Shown: positions 1 through 9,825 of the stretch, one piece after another
Layout of the letters: each line of letters begins with the position of its first letter
Numbering within the stretch: position 1 is the first letter of the stretch
Virus record (IMG/VR): IMGVR_UViG_3300010224_000001
Location: 1-64,000 of that record
Strand: one strand, 5' to 3'
Source of the DNA: a virus
Length of the DNA: 64,000 nt
Translations under genes and position numbers: made by a program
The notes under the pieces: generated by a model
What the model saw: the letters and a program-made list of their open reading frames with translations, nothing else
Databases searched by the model: none
What the model was told of the DNA's origin: nothing

Positions 1-705
1 AACGTCAGCAGCTGCAGCTTCACCTTCAACGGTGTCAGCAACATTCACATCAGCCGGAGTCTCAACTTCAGTGGTTGCAACCACGCCATCGGTAGCCGGG
101 GTTTCTTCTACGGTAGCTGCGAGTGTATCGCCAGTAGCATCAACACCTTGGTCGACCGTGGCAGCAGCCGAGGCGTCGGCAGCAACGTCAGCGCCTGCGT
201 CCGTACCAGCGTCGACCACGGCACCGCTATCCACATCGGTGGTAACGTCAGCCGTAGTTTCACCAACCGACGGCTCAACCGAAGCGGCGGCGGCATCTTC
301 CAGCGGAGCATCAACCAGCGAGGTTTCAGCCAGCGGATCTGCCAGAGGTTCAGTATCGGCTACAACTTCTTCCGGGGTTTCTGCAGCCACATCCAGAGTG
401 GTCTCAACCACATCGCCAGTAGCGGTAGCTTCAGCAGTGGACGGATCAACCACCGTTTCAGCCGGAACGACGTCCACAAATGCGTCGCCATCTGCCGGAG
501 TGTCAACAGCCGGAGTTTCAGCCGGAACTTCAGCAACCACGTCAGCAGGGGTTTCGACGACAGCGTCAACTGGGGTTTCTGCGGTTACTTCATCGGTAGC
601 CGTGGCTTGAGTTTCATCCAGGACCACTGCATCTTGTTGGTCTTCTTCGCGGGCCACGTTCAGACGGCCATTCAGAAGACCACCATAGTTTGCATGCATA
701 CGCAT
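1..705 (-). CDS. Acidic low-complexity virion (head) protein, N-terminal part, truncated by the window edge
   Basis: Not in the ORF track. AGGAG RBS at 716-720, ATG at 705, frame open at both ends checked, down to base 1: MRMHANYGGLLNGRLNVAREEDQQDAVVLDETQATATDEVTAETPVDAVV... Very A/E/D/T/V/P-rich. The A-R-E motif resembles the S/A/G-x-E prohead protease site. Follows the inner-body genes. Confidence 0.8.
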   Translation of the reverse strand, partial: MRMHANYGGLLNGRLNVAREEDQQDAVVLDETQATATDEVTAETPVDAVVETPADVVAEVPAETPAVDTPADGDAFVDVVPAETVVDPSTAEATATGDVVETTLDVAAETPEEVVADTEPLADPLAETSLVDAPLEDAAAASVEPSVGETTADVTTDVDSGAVVDAGTDAGADVAADASAAATVDQGVDATGDTLAATVEETPATDGVVATTEVETPADVNVADTVEGEAAAADV

Positions 706-813
706 AGTTTTGTTACTCCTATTGCAATAGGTAATTAGAAATGATAGACTTCTTTCTACGCGGATGTCACTAGGATCCTAGAGAAGTCGCTATAGTATCT
801 AGACATGAGTCTA

Positions 814-1428
814 TCAAGCAAGAATATCGCCAAACAGGATATGGAGCGTTTGAATCATATCTTCAAAGCCACCCTCATGCGAGCACCAGCGTTGAAGCAC
901 ATCAATCAGTTTGACGTTACGAGCACGATTACTTTGCGGGTCAACGAAGAACGCTTTGATTTCTTCAGTCGGAATCGTGACATTGGTATTCAGATCAGAC
1001 AGCGTTAACAGAGGCAGCCAGTTCACTAACTGCATCTTGCGTTTACCAGTCATGATGAAAGCCAGAGTGTCTTCTAAGAACTCCGCATGCATCTCACCAG
1101 TTGACGGACCAGCGAACTGCGCCATCGTCCAGGTCTGGAAGTTATCTACACCGAAAGCATTCAACGCAACCAGCAGAACCTTTTGACGGTAATCGAAATC
1201 TAACACCGCATGATTGTAGCGCAACAGGTGCGACCAAATCTGTTCGATGTTGTGATTGACTTCAACTGGACTCTTCGGTGCTTGAAACATCTCCGGGTGG
1301 AATTGATGTGTCAGGACTTTTTCCTGATAAGGACGCAAGACTTGCTGTGGCGTTGCACCAAGGCTAGCACCAAGAAAGCCTCGCGGATAGATTCTGAACC
1401 CGTTAAAGACAGGAGCTTTATCAGGCAT
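814..1428 (-). CDS. Conserved phiKZ-like protein in the head-gene cluster (204 aa)
   Basis: AAGGAG RBS before the ATG at 1428 (MPDKAPVF), overlapping the upstream stop codon; ORF-track start 1470 is probably too long. Confidence 0.7.
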   Translation of the reverse strand: MPDKAPVFNGFRIYPRGFLGASLGATPQQVLRPYQEKVLTHQFHPEMFQAPKSPVEVNHNIEQIWSHLLRYNHAVLDFDYRQKVLLVALNAFGVDNFQTWTMAQFAGPSTGEMHAEFLEDTLAFIMTGKRKMQLVNWLPLLTLSDLNTNVTIPTEEIKAFFVDPQSNRARNVKLIDVLQRWCSHEGGFEDMIQTLHILFGDILA

Positions 1429-2335
1429 ATTGTTGCTCCTTCTGACGAATGTCTGCATCCAGGTTCTCAATACGACCTTGGATGTAATCGATCTGCTTAT
1501 CGAGCGAAGCGTCTTGCTTACCAGCGGCAGCGCGTTCCATCTTCAGTTTACGCAGCTCCAGAAGTTTCTTCTCTTCTTTAGCACGATTCAGACGATCGAC
1601 TTGCCATTCAGCAAAACGCATCTTGAAGTGATAGATCGGATTTAAGAACACCGGGATCAAGCCATGGCTAAACGGATCGATCTTCGATTCGCCAGCGGTA
1701 TGCGTCAGCGTCTTAGCGTTTTCTTCCGTTACCGTCACATCCGGAATTTGCTGCAGTTGCGATTCAATTGCCGAAACCGGTTTGGTCAACGTGGTCATGA
1801 TCGCGCAGAAGCGGATGAAGTTCTCTTTCAGGTAACGCACTTCAGCCGGAACCAGAGCAGCACCCAGATCGTTAGCAACAGCTTCACCTTGCGGATCTTC
1901 GATGTACGAGGTCTCGACCACCAGCACGTAGTTCAGATAACGACGAGCGAACTTGGAAGCTTCAGTGACCGTTTCTAACAGTTGCAGAACCGCTGACTTG
2001 TAATAGGTCAAACCGGCACCAGCAATCTCATCACCGTAGTTCTTATTCAGGATTTCTTCGATCATATCCAGAATAGCCACCATGTTCTTGAACGAATGTT
2101 CAACAGCAACGACCAGGTTCGTAGCAGCAGCCGGACGCACTTGGCGTTTATAGATCTCAAAGTCAGAACGCAGTTCAGGCGATTCAAACTTATGGTTATT
2201 GAAAATGCGCAGAGCTTGCTCATAAGCAGGCTGGGTCACAGTGGTGATTTCCAGACGCGTCATACGGCAATCTTCGAGTGCGGTGACTCGCGAGAAGCTT
2301 GGCAGTAAGGACTGGAGATAAGTCAGTGCTTTCAT
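1421..2335 (-). CDS. Virion head/inner-body protein (phiKZ gp90-like)
   Basis: 304 aa, AAGGA RBS, C-terminal coiled coil, gene order. Confidence 0.6.
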   Translation of the reverse strand: MKALTYLQSLLPSFSRVTALEDCRMTRLEITTVTQPAYEQALRIFNNHKFESPELRSDFEIYKRQVRPAAATNLVVAVEHSFKNMVAILDMIEEILNKNYGDEIAGAGLTYYKSAVLQLLETVTEASKFARRYLNYVLVVETSYIEDPQGEAVANDLGAALVPAEVRYLKENFIRFCAIMTTLTKPVSAIESQLQQIPDVTVTEENAKTLTHTAGESKIDPFSHGLIPVFLNPIYHFKMRFAEWQVDRLNRAKEEKKLLELRKLKMERAAAGKQDASLDKQIDYIQGRIENLDADIRQKEQQYA

Positions 2336-2392
2336 GTTGTGTAGGTCCTTTCACTTTACTCTTGGTGAGAAGAGTAAAGTGTAATAGTTTAA

Positions 2393-3697
2393 TTACAGAG
2401 TCGGCGAGTTACCGAGCTGATATGCTTTCAGGATATCCGAGACATCAGGACCATTGCCTTTATTGGATCCTTTGAGGTCACGCAGACGCACTTGGGTCGC
2501 AACCGGAATACCACGATGGTAGAACGTGACACGACCGTAGTCGTTATCGATCACTGCCAGAATCATCAGGTAGGTGCTCTTCATCATGCGCTGACGAATC
2601 TTGAAGTCAGACAGACGACCTTCCAGTTGCATCTCCAGCTCATCCGCAGTTTCTTGCGAAATCACAACCAGGTTAGAAGCCGAAGCGACCGTTGGGTTAC
2701 CGCTGATGATCGTAGCCAGTTCATTGCTACGTTGGATTTTGTTGACACGAGCCAACGTGCCAGTCTTATCACTTAAGATGTCACGACGGTATTGGTCAAC
2801 GATATCGCAGCACAGGACCAGGTCTTTCCAGAAGGCTAAACGACCCGATCGGAAACCATGCCAACGTTCTTTCCACGAGTTGTCTTGGCTGCCGGTTGAT
2901 AAGATATGAATGAGGTCCTTCGTCGGCATTGCACTTGCCAGCAGACGAATGCTGACTGGCATGTTAACTTTATTCTTACCTTCGACCAGTTCGATCGAGT
3001 AAGTCTTACCGACCGACAGGTTAGCCAGTTCAGTTAAGTCACGAGTGACATCGCTAAAGCCACCAACATTCGCGCCCGACTCAGTTTGATTCTCAGACTG
3101 CTCTTGTTCTTGACGAGCATTCCACAGGGTGTTGTTATTACCCGACGGCGGGACGTTAGGACGACGATTATCGTATTTCTTTTCCGGCGGCGCAGGCGGC
3201 AGATCTTTAACGCTGTTCCACAGACCGTTATTGCTCTCAATCGCCATATGGTTCGACGAGTTGCGTGCTGCGAAAGGCAGACCGTATGTATACGCTTCTT
3301 GCGAGAGCATCCATGCGGACGGGTCGACCGCTTGGCTATTCTTTTCTTGATGAGATTCCGAGACTGGGAACAGCCACGAATTACCCATCATAATGTTGTT
3401 CTTCGGATTACGCGTCGGATTAAGCGGATCGAGACGATCCATCACAGCGATAGCGCCCAGGCTATTGGTCAGAGCTGCAGCTTGCAGATAATAGCCGGAG
3501 AAGAGTGCCAGCAAGGATTGCTGAACATCACCCAAGCTGTCGTAGTGCATTACACTTTGGTCGATCAGCACGATCGGTTCGACACGAGCTGGCTCGGTAA
3601 AGCTAATCAGCGAATCGGAGGCGGCCATGCGCAGCCTGTTCCGGTTACTGAAGAACGCTGACAGACCGGTTTTTACCATATTGATAGTGCTATACAT
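2393..3697 (-). CDS. Virion head/inner-body protein (phiKZ gp89-like)
   Basis: 434 aa; motifs ARVEPIVLID, LSVGK, WKERW and AYQLGNSPTL; S/A-x-E sites in a central disordered linker; gene order. Confidence 0.65.
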   Translation of the reverse strand: MYSTINMVKTGLSAFFSNRNRLRMAASDSLISFTEPARVEPIVLIDQSVMHYDSLGDVQQSLLALFSGYYLQAAALTNSLGAIAVMDRLDPLNPTRNPKNNIMMGNSWLFPVSESHQEKNSQAVDPSAWMLSQEAYTYGLPFAARNSSNHMAIESNNGLWNSVKDLPPAPPEKKYDNRRPNVPPSGNNNTLWNARQEQEQSENQTESGANVGGFSDVTRDLTELANLSVGKTYSIELVEGKNKVNMPVSIRLLASAMPTKDLIHILSTGSQDNSWKERWHGFRSGRLAFWKDLVLCCDIVDQYRRDILSDKTGTLARVNKIQRSNELATIISGNPTVASASNLVVISQETADELEMQLEGRLSDFKIRQRMMKSTYLMILAVIDNDYGRVTFYHRGIPVATQVRLRDLKGSNKGNGPDVSDILKAYQLGNSPTL

Positions 3698-3730
3698 GAA
3701 TGTTCCTTTTTCTATTACAAGAGGTTTTAA

Positions 3731-4873
3731 ATGGCCGATTCTGTGTTAAGATCACCATACGTTTCTAACGAGCGGGTTGAATCCACAACTAAAGTCACAA
3801 CGGACGACGTCAACAGTTTATTCCGCTCGTCGCCGATGGGGCAAATCTCAACAGCCATTGGTGATAACTTCCGCGGTCTGAATCACCGACAAGCGCCGAG
3901 TCTCATACAAATTAATAAGGATTACTACGGGATGACGTTTTTTACTCGTCCCCGTCTTAATTTAACTGATGAAAATCTGCGTGCTTTACGCGTGTTGACG
4001 CCGCTTTTAAATACCGATCAATGGAGTTTACAACGGTATATTCGTTGTATGTTGGACCCGGTTAGTAACAAGAAAGACGTGACCAGTCCTCTGGTAGATC
4101 CACAGATGGCATTCATTCCTTTACTGACTAACTTGTTAGTAAGCCTGCCGGGTTGGCCTGATCCTGATATGGCGTATTCCACCTCAGCCGAAGGTGTGAT
4201 GAAAGAACAGTTTAACGTAGCTGACGGCACGACCAAGATCTTTCGCTCCGTTGACTTACGTGCTAACTTCCGTAATGTCCAGGGTGATCCAATCACTACG
4301 ATGTTCCATTACTGGCTTGAATACATCAACGGTGTGTATTTAGGTGAGATCATTCCTTATCCAGATTCCATTATTGAGAACGAAAAGGATTACGAAACGC
4401 GTATCTATCGTTTACTGTTAGATACGACGAAACGTTACGTCTATCGCATCGCTGCAACTGGCGCAGGCTTTCCGACATCGACCCCGTTAGGTGCTGCGTT
4501 TAACTACGAGGCGCCGCATCATGGCGGTACACCTTTAAATGAAGGATTGCAACAAGTCACCATCCCTTTCATTAATTCCGGCATCATGTATAACGACGAT
4601 ATCTTGATCTGGGAGTTTAACAAGACGACTGAATTGTTTAATCCCTCGTTGGCTGACATTACGCCGAGCGTTAGCGAAATCTCTGGTAAAGCAATTCCGA
4701 ATGATCAGCGTTCGCCGATCTATCAAAAGATTGCTATTGATGAGTTACCGCTGTTTAACTATCGCGGTTATCCTCGCGTTGATTTGGCTACCTATGAATT
4801 AGAATGGTTTGTGCGTAAGGAAGAATACCAAGAAATCTTACCAATCATTAAACAACAAGCAGCACAAGGTTAA
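3731..4873 (+). CDS. Virion structural protein, baseplate hub/tube-like (phiKZ gp88-like)
   Basis: 380 aa, GAGG RBS; motifs GMTFFTRPRLNL, GWPD and DYETRIYRL; divergent from the head genes as in phiKZ. Confidence 0.6.
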   Translation: MADSVLRSPYVSNERVESTTKVTTDDVNSLFRSSPMGQISTAIGDNFRGLNHRQAPSLIQINKDYYGMTFFTRPRLNLTDENLRALRVLTPLLNTDQWSLQRYIRCMLDPVSNKKDVTSPLVDPQMAFIPLLTNLLVSLPGWPDPDMAYSTSAEGVMKEQFNVADGTTKIFRSVDLRANFRNVQGDPITTMFHYWLEYINGVYLGEIIPYPDSIIENEKDYETRIYRLLLDTTKRYVYRIAATGAGFPTSTPLGAAFNYEAPHHGGTPLNEGLQQVTIPFINSGIMYNDDILIWEFNKTTELFNPSLADITPSVSEISGKAIPNDQRSPIYQKIAIDELPLFNYRGYPRVDLATYELEWFVRKEEYQEILPIIKQQAAQG

Positions 4874-4888
4874 TGAAGGAATTCAATT

Positions 4889-7849
4889 ATGGCAGATAAC
4901 ACAACAATTGGTGGCAGCTCAAGCTACAGTATTTCGGATTTAGTTTCTAACCTGACACAATACCGTTTTAACCCGGCCGCTATCCAGCGTGAGAGTTTAC
5001 GGATGGTGACTGCGGTGAGTAATGGCGAAATCGATTTTGTTGATCCGACTAACCCGGTCATTCTCTGTATGGAAGCTTCGGCTTCTGCAGTATCGGCGTT
5101 TATGGTCGAGCATGCGGTTGAATCACGGCGACGCTATCCGAAGCTGGCACAGACGCAAGAAGACTTGTATCTGCATATGTCGGATAAGGATTACGTCGAT
5201 CGCTTTGCAACTCCCGCTGCTGCTAAGTTTACTTTCTTAATCGAGAAAGAAAAGTTAATCGGTAGCTTAAAGGACGACCCGACTACTGGCTACAAGAAGA
5301 TTACGATTCCTAGGAATACGTACTTCGAGATCGCTGACATGCAGTTTGCGTTGCAGTATCCGATCGATATCAAACAGTTAGCACACGGTGGCTTGCAGAT
5401 TGTGTACGACACAACCAAGATGTCACCACTGCAATCGCTTGAGACGAATGAGATCGACTACGAGATTCGCACCAATGAAGAGGGTGACTGGGTAGCGTTT
5501 ACGGTGCCAACGAATCAGTTTAGCGTCATTGACAATTCTGACTCGATTAGTCCGGCGGCCGACTTCAGTATGAGGATGCGTTTTACGGATCTGTATTACT
5601 ACACTCGGGTTTATCACCAGAATGCAGATGGCACTTGGTCAGAAATCGCAACGACCCATTCGGATACGGTGTACGATATCAATACACCGACGGCTGTGTT
5701 ACAAGTGGTGGATAAGGTCTTAACGATTAAGATCCCGCAGATCTATGTAACGACCGGTCAGTTAAGCCGTAAGATCCGCGCTGAACTGTATCAAACGAAA
5801 GGTGCGATCAATATTGCGTTGGGTGAATATCCTTCCACCTCGCTGGCGATTGTCTGGAAGGCGTATGACCCTGCAGATATCACTACATATACTGCGCCAT
5901 TGTCTAACCTGACTGTCATCGCTTTCTCTGATGATACGGTGACTGCTGGTTCAAATGGATTGACGTTTGAAGAATTGCGCACCAACGTCATTCAGAATAC
6001 GACGGGTCCGATCGATGATTCGATTACGCCAGCGCAGATCGAGAAAGCCTTGAAGGATAAAGGTTACGATGTGGTGAAGAACATTGACCGCATCACTAAC
6101 CGTGTGTTCTTAGCAACACGCAGTATGCCTTCACCGACGGTTATCACGCCAACTACGGCAGCTACCACCGGCACTCAATTACTCACAGCAGCTTCTGCTA
6201 CCATCGAGACGTTGACATTCAATACGAATGAATTAGTTCAGTTGCCAACGGTGGTTGATAATACCACGAGTATTACGATCACGCCGGACACGATTTATCA
6301 AACGGTAAGCGGCATTACGCAACCGATTCAAAATTCCGACTTGCAAGCACTGCTAGCATTGCCAGCAGATAAACGTGCGCAAGCGATTACGGATGGCAAC
6401 TATTCGTTTGCACCATTCCATTATGTACTGGACATGACGAATAATGCTTTTGAGGCACGTCCTTACTATTTGGATAATCCTACCGTAGAATCGAAACTGT
6501 TTGTTCGTCAGAACGATACGACCTTGTTGCAAGTGTCTACTGATCGCTTCGATGTATTCCGTACTACAAATGGATATTCGATTATCATCTTGACAAAATC
6601 GAGTAGTGACTATCAAGCACTGGAAGACAGTCAGGTCTTTGCACAGTTAAGTTACATTCCGTACGGTGAACGTGATCGTGCTTATTTGAATGGTACGATG
6701 CTTAGTAAGACCAGTACAGGTGAGCGTTACTTCAGGTTTGATTTAGATGTTAACTTTAATGTTGACTCGAATGATAACATTGAGTTTACCAAGTTCACGA
6801 TGTACAACACAGATCCGCGGATTACTAAGTCGCCGTTGTATAACTCGTTTGACATTCTGTATTCGACGTCAGCAGTAATGCCTGCTACTTGGACTGCAAA
6901 TAGCGTTGATCAAAACATAGGCAAGTATCTTCTGCCATTGCAATCAGTAGGTATTGCGCAAGAGACCTTACGAGTTCGCTTGGGTTATGCTTTGTCGAAA
7001 CTGTGGTCACGTGCCAGAACCGTCATTGGTTCGACACCGTACAAGACTTATTCGGTAGACGTTCCTGCGTATTACAAAGACGACATCTATGAAACGGATG
7101 CAAACGGCTCGGCAGTGCAAATTGTTGATGGTGCTTTAGTTATCAACATCCTGCACCACAAAGGTGATCCGGTATTAGACACCGATGGCAATCAAGCGTA
7201 TGAACATCGCGCTGGTGACATCATGTACGACAATAGCGGAAATCCTGTTCCTGCCGATGCGCGTGGGTTGCAACGTCAAGTGGACTTATTCTTGTTAGAA
7301 GGCGCCTATTGGTTTGCAACTGACGCTACAAGCACTGACTATCGTCAACGGATGGTAAAGACGGTTGTGTCATGGTTGGTTAATGACTTGGGTTCGTTCA
7401 CAGGTCGCTTGCTTGATCAGACTACGATCTATTTCTATCCGAAGACTACTGCGGGTCTGATTCAGGTTCTGGTGGGTGATAGCATTCCGAAGTTTATTAA
7501 TGCTAATCAAACTTTTGTACTCACTCTGGCAGTAAGTAAACAAGTCTACACAAATCTGAACTTGCGCGATCGTTTGTCTAAAACTTCGATTGCGACGATT
7601 TCAGATGCGTTGACGCAAAAGACTGTTGCGATCTCTCAAATTGTCGAGAGCTTACGCAAGGTGTATTCAAACGATGTGATCGACGTTCAGTTAACTGGCT
7701 TGGGTGGAAGTGAAAACAACTACTCGGTAGTGACTGTGGTTGATGATACTGACCGTTTGAGTATTGCAAAACGTTTGACTGCATTAGCTGACGACACACT
7801 GGTTGTGGAAGAAGCAGTGACGATCAACTTTGTTCAGCACGACGCATAA
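4889..7849 (+). CDS. Large virion structural protein, probable baseplate wedge (phiKZ gp87-like)
   Basis: 986 aa, beta-rich; motifs DPTNP and LYLHMSDKDY; AGSNGLTFEELR resembles baseplate J/gp6 motifs; gene order. Confidence 0.6.
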   Translation: MADNTTIGGSSSYSISDLVSNLTQYRFNPAAIQRESLRMVTAVSNGEIDFVDPTNPVILCMEASASAVSAFMVEHAVESRRRYPKLAQTQEDLYLHMSDKDYVDRFATPAAAKFTFLIEKEKLIGSLKDDPTTGYKKITIPRNTYFEIADMQFALQYPIDIKQLAHGGLQIVYDTTKMSPLQSLETNEIDYEIRTNEEGDWVAFTVPTNQFSVIDNSDSISPAADFSMRMRFTDLYYYTRVYHQNADGTWSEIATTHSDTVYDINTPTAVLQVVDKVLTIKIPQIYVTTGQLSRKIRAELYQTKGAINIALGEYPSTSLAIVWKAYDPADITTYTAPLSNLTVIAFSDDTVTAGSNGLTFEELRTNVIQNTTGPIDDSITPAQIEKALKDKGYDVVKNIDRITNRVFLATRSMPSPTVITPTTAATTGTQLLTAASATIETLTFNTNELVQLPTVVDNTTSITITPDTIYQTVSGITQPIQNSDLQALLALPADKRAQAITDGNYSFAPFHYVLDMTNNAFEARPYYLDNPTVESKLFVRQNDTTLLQVSTDRFDVFRTTNGYSIIILTKSSSDYQALEDSQVFAQLSYIPYGERDRAYLNGTMLSKTSTGERYFRFDLDVNFNVDSNDNIEFTKFTMYNTDPRITKSPLYNSFDILYSTSAVMPATWTANSVDQNIGKYLLPLQSVGIAQETLRVRLGYALSKLWSRARTVIGSTPYKTYSVDVPAYYKDDIYETDANGSAVQIVDGALVINILHHKGDPVLDTDGNQAYEHRAGDIMYDNSGNPVPADARGLQRQVDLFLLEGAYWFATDATSTDYRQRMVKTVVSWLVNDLGSFTGRLLDQTTIYFYPKTTAGLIQVLVGDSIPKFINANQTFVLTLAVSKQVYTNLNLRDRLSKTSIATISDALTQKTVAISQIVESLRKVYSNDVIDVQLTGLGGSENNYSVVTVVDDTDRLSIAKRLTALADDTLVVEEAVTINFVQHDA

Positions 7850-7852
7850 CGC

Positions 7853-7895
7853 CATAATACCCTCTGTCCCTGGTTTGGGGACAGAGGGTATTATG
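7853..7895. terminator. Bidirectional hairpin between convergent genes
   Basis: 18-bp perfect stem CATAATACCCTCTGTCCC / GGGACAGAGGGTATTATG. Confidence 0.8.
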
Positions 7896-7899
7896 ATGC

Positions 7900-9303
7900 T
7901 TATTCAGAAGTCGGTGTGTTAGGAGCAACAGCAGCCATCATCTTCGCTTGCAGTTCATTCCAAGACGGCAGATAAGGCGCGCCATCTTGCAAAGCAGGGT
8001 CAGTCATTTGGTTAAGTTCGGTATTCTTAGTTTCCACCAAGAGTAAAACCAAACCAATCAACTTTAACAGTTGGCTCTTGAAGTCATTGATGTAGTTACC
8101 AATTTCATCAACGATATAGACGAAGCATTGATACACATCAAAGAGCTTAGTTGCAAAGCCATTGACTTCTTCATTCAAAAGAACCAGTTGATCCGAGAAA
8201 CGATCATAGTCAGCCACCAGGTCGGTTAACTTAGTGATCATGCCACGATAATCAGGGATCCTGTCTTTAAGGGTATTGAAACGATCAATCACACCTTCAA
8301 TACCGGAGTATTGCGCAGCTGCGCTAGCGGCAAACAGATAGTTGTCAACCGTCAGAGGCGTTTCACGACGCGAGCTGTAAGTCTTAGCATTGTTGCCTTC
8401 ATTACGCAAGCGGTCGGCGAGTTCCGAATACTTGACCATCGAACCATCGGGCAACTTGATCGATAATTCTTCAGGAGCATTAAACTTAGGAATCGCGTTG
8501 TTACCTGCGTTCTTCACGTCTTCAATATAAGCTTCGACTGAATTATCCCATGCATTGCAATGCGCAACCAGAAGATCCAAGTAATCCGAGAAGTGTTGAC
8601 CCAGGATGTAGTAGATGTCTTTATCCACCAAAGCCGAGAGTAAGCCAGCAGGTTGGGTAAAGCAATTCTTCAGAGAGTTAGCGACATACTCTTCACGGTT
8701 CTCGCCTGCCTTAGCCACAACGTCAGCATCAATCCAAGCTTCACCTTTCTCATTAAGCAGTTTAACTGCATCAGAGAAGTGCGTACCGAATGCTGCTAGG
8801 TTGCTGGTTAAGTTTACCCAGTTGTCTTTCATTTCTGGTGTAAACTTAACAGCCACATCATCCAGTCGATTCAAGCGCTCTTTGGTATTCTCCAGATAAC
8901 GTACCAAATCACTTTGCATGGTTTGGTCAATCTCTTCCAATACCGTCGTATAACGCGTCAGGCTTGTATGACGGCTGTAGTAGCCAATCGGACGGTTGTT
9001 ACCGAAGTTAGGTTTAAGTGCAATAGCTTCCGTTGCTAATGCTTGATTCATACCACGCGCATTGATGATATCGTCACGCAGGTAAGACCATTCATTATGA
9101 CGTGATTCTAAAGCAGAAGCTTGCACTTGAATTTCATCTTGTTCAGGCAGCAAGTCAGCAATGACACTCGGATCGACCGGTACTTCGGTAACCAGGTCAT
9201 CTTCCGGAATCTCAGAACCAAAGTTCAGGCTATCTTCGAAACCAGTAGGTTCTGGAGCCGGTGCATCATTGTAAATGAATGCATTAATATCAACGTCACT
9301 CAT
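7900..9303 (-). CDS. Virion head protein with acidic propeptide
   Basis: 467 aa; acidic N-terminus, A-L-E sites, helical body. Confidence 0.55.
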   Translation of the reverse strand: MSDVDINAFIYNDAPAPEPTGFEDSLNFGSEIPEDDLVTEVPVDPSVIADLLPEQDEIQVQASALESRHNEWSYLRDDIINARGMNQALATEAIALKPNFGNNRPIGYYSRHTSLTRYTTVLEEIDQTMQSDLVRYLENTKERLNRLDDVAVKFTPEMKDNWVNLTSNLAAFGTHFSDAVKLLNEKGEAWIDADVVAKAGENREEYVANSLKNCFTQPAGLLSALVDKDIYYILGQHFSDYLDLLVAHCNAWDNSVEAYIEDVKNAGNNAIPKFNAPEELSIKLPDGSMVKYSELADRLRNEGNNAKTYSSRRETPLTVDNYLFAASAAAQYSGIEGVIDRFNTLKDRIPDYRGMITKLTDLVADYDRFSDQLVLLNEEVNGFATKLFDVYQCFVYIVDEIGNYINDFKSQLLKLIGLVLLLVETKNTELNQMTDPALQDGAPYLPSWNELQAKMMAAVAPNTPTSE

Positions 9304-9306
9304 GTC

Positions 9307-9807
9307 TTACTCTCCAGCTTCGTCGTCCGGAGTGACATACTGGTAGAAAGCCGAAATCAGCTTAGCAATTTCTACCTTGTACTTGTTCAGGAAGCGCACT
9401 GTATCCAGTGACAGGACAAACAGACCACCTGAAACGATCGTGTTAAAGTCAAACGCTTCGATACGGTCTTGGTTAAGCAGACTTTCCAGTGATTGATTGA
9501 AATTAGCCTTGATCAGACACTGCGGATGAGCAGCGTAATAACGTTGCTTCCAGAATTGTTGAGTGAACTCGAGCGCCAGTTTAGCAGCGAAGATCACACC
9601 TTCGTTCAGTTCCGAGATACGTTCCACAGCTTGCGGATTGACTTGCTGCATGTAGTACTCAGCAATATCATCCACCGGCGTGCTAGGCAGCGGGGAAGTA
9701 GCAGCAACGACTTTAGCAACAGCCATGGCAACGATACGGCCTTGATCACCAGGAGCTTTGACGATCCGATGGATAGCGTCATTTAAAAAGATAGTACTAG
9801 CGGACAT
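9307..9807 (-). CDS. Hypothetical (probable virion) protein
   Basis: 166 aa, AAGGA RBS, tightly packed in the operon. Confidence 0.6.
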   Translation of the reverse strand: MSASTIFLNDAIHRIVKAPGDQGRIVAMAVAKVVAATSPLPSTPVDDIAEYYMQQVNPQAVERISELNEGVIFAAKLALEFTQQFWKQRYYAAHPQCLIKANFNQSLESLLNQDRIEAFDFNTIVSGGLFVLSLDTVRFLNKYKVEIAKLISAFYQYVTPDDEAGE

Positions 9808-9825
9808 GATGGATTCCTTTTAGTC

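Noticed and set aside
32-738. S/T/A-rich 192-aa and 196-aa plus-strand ORFs
   Set aside because: Antisense to the real minus-strand gene 1..705, which has a good RBS
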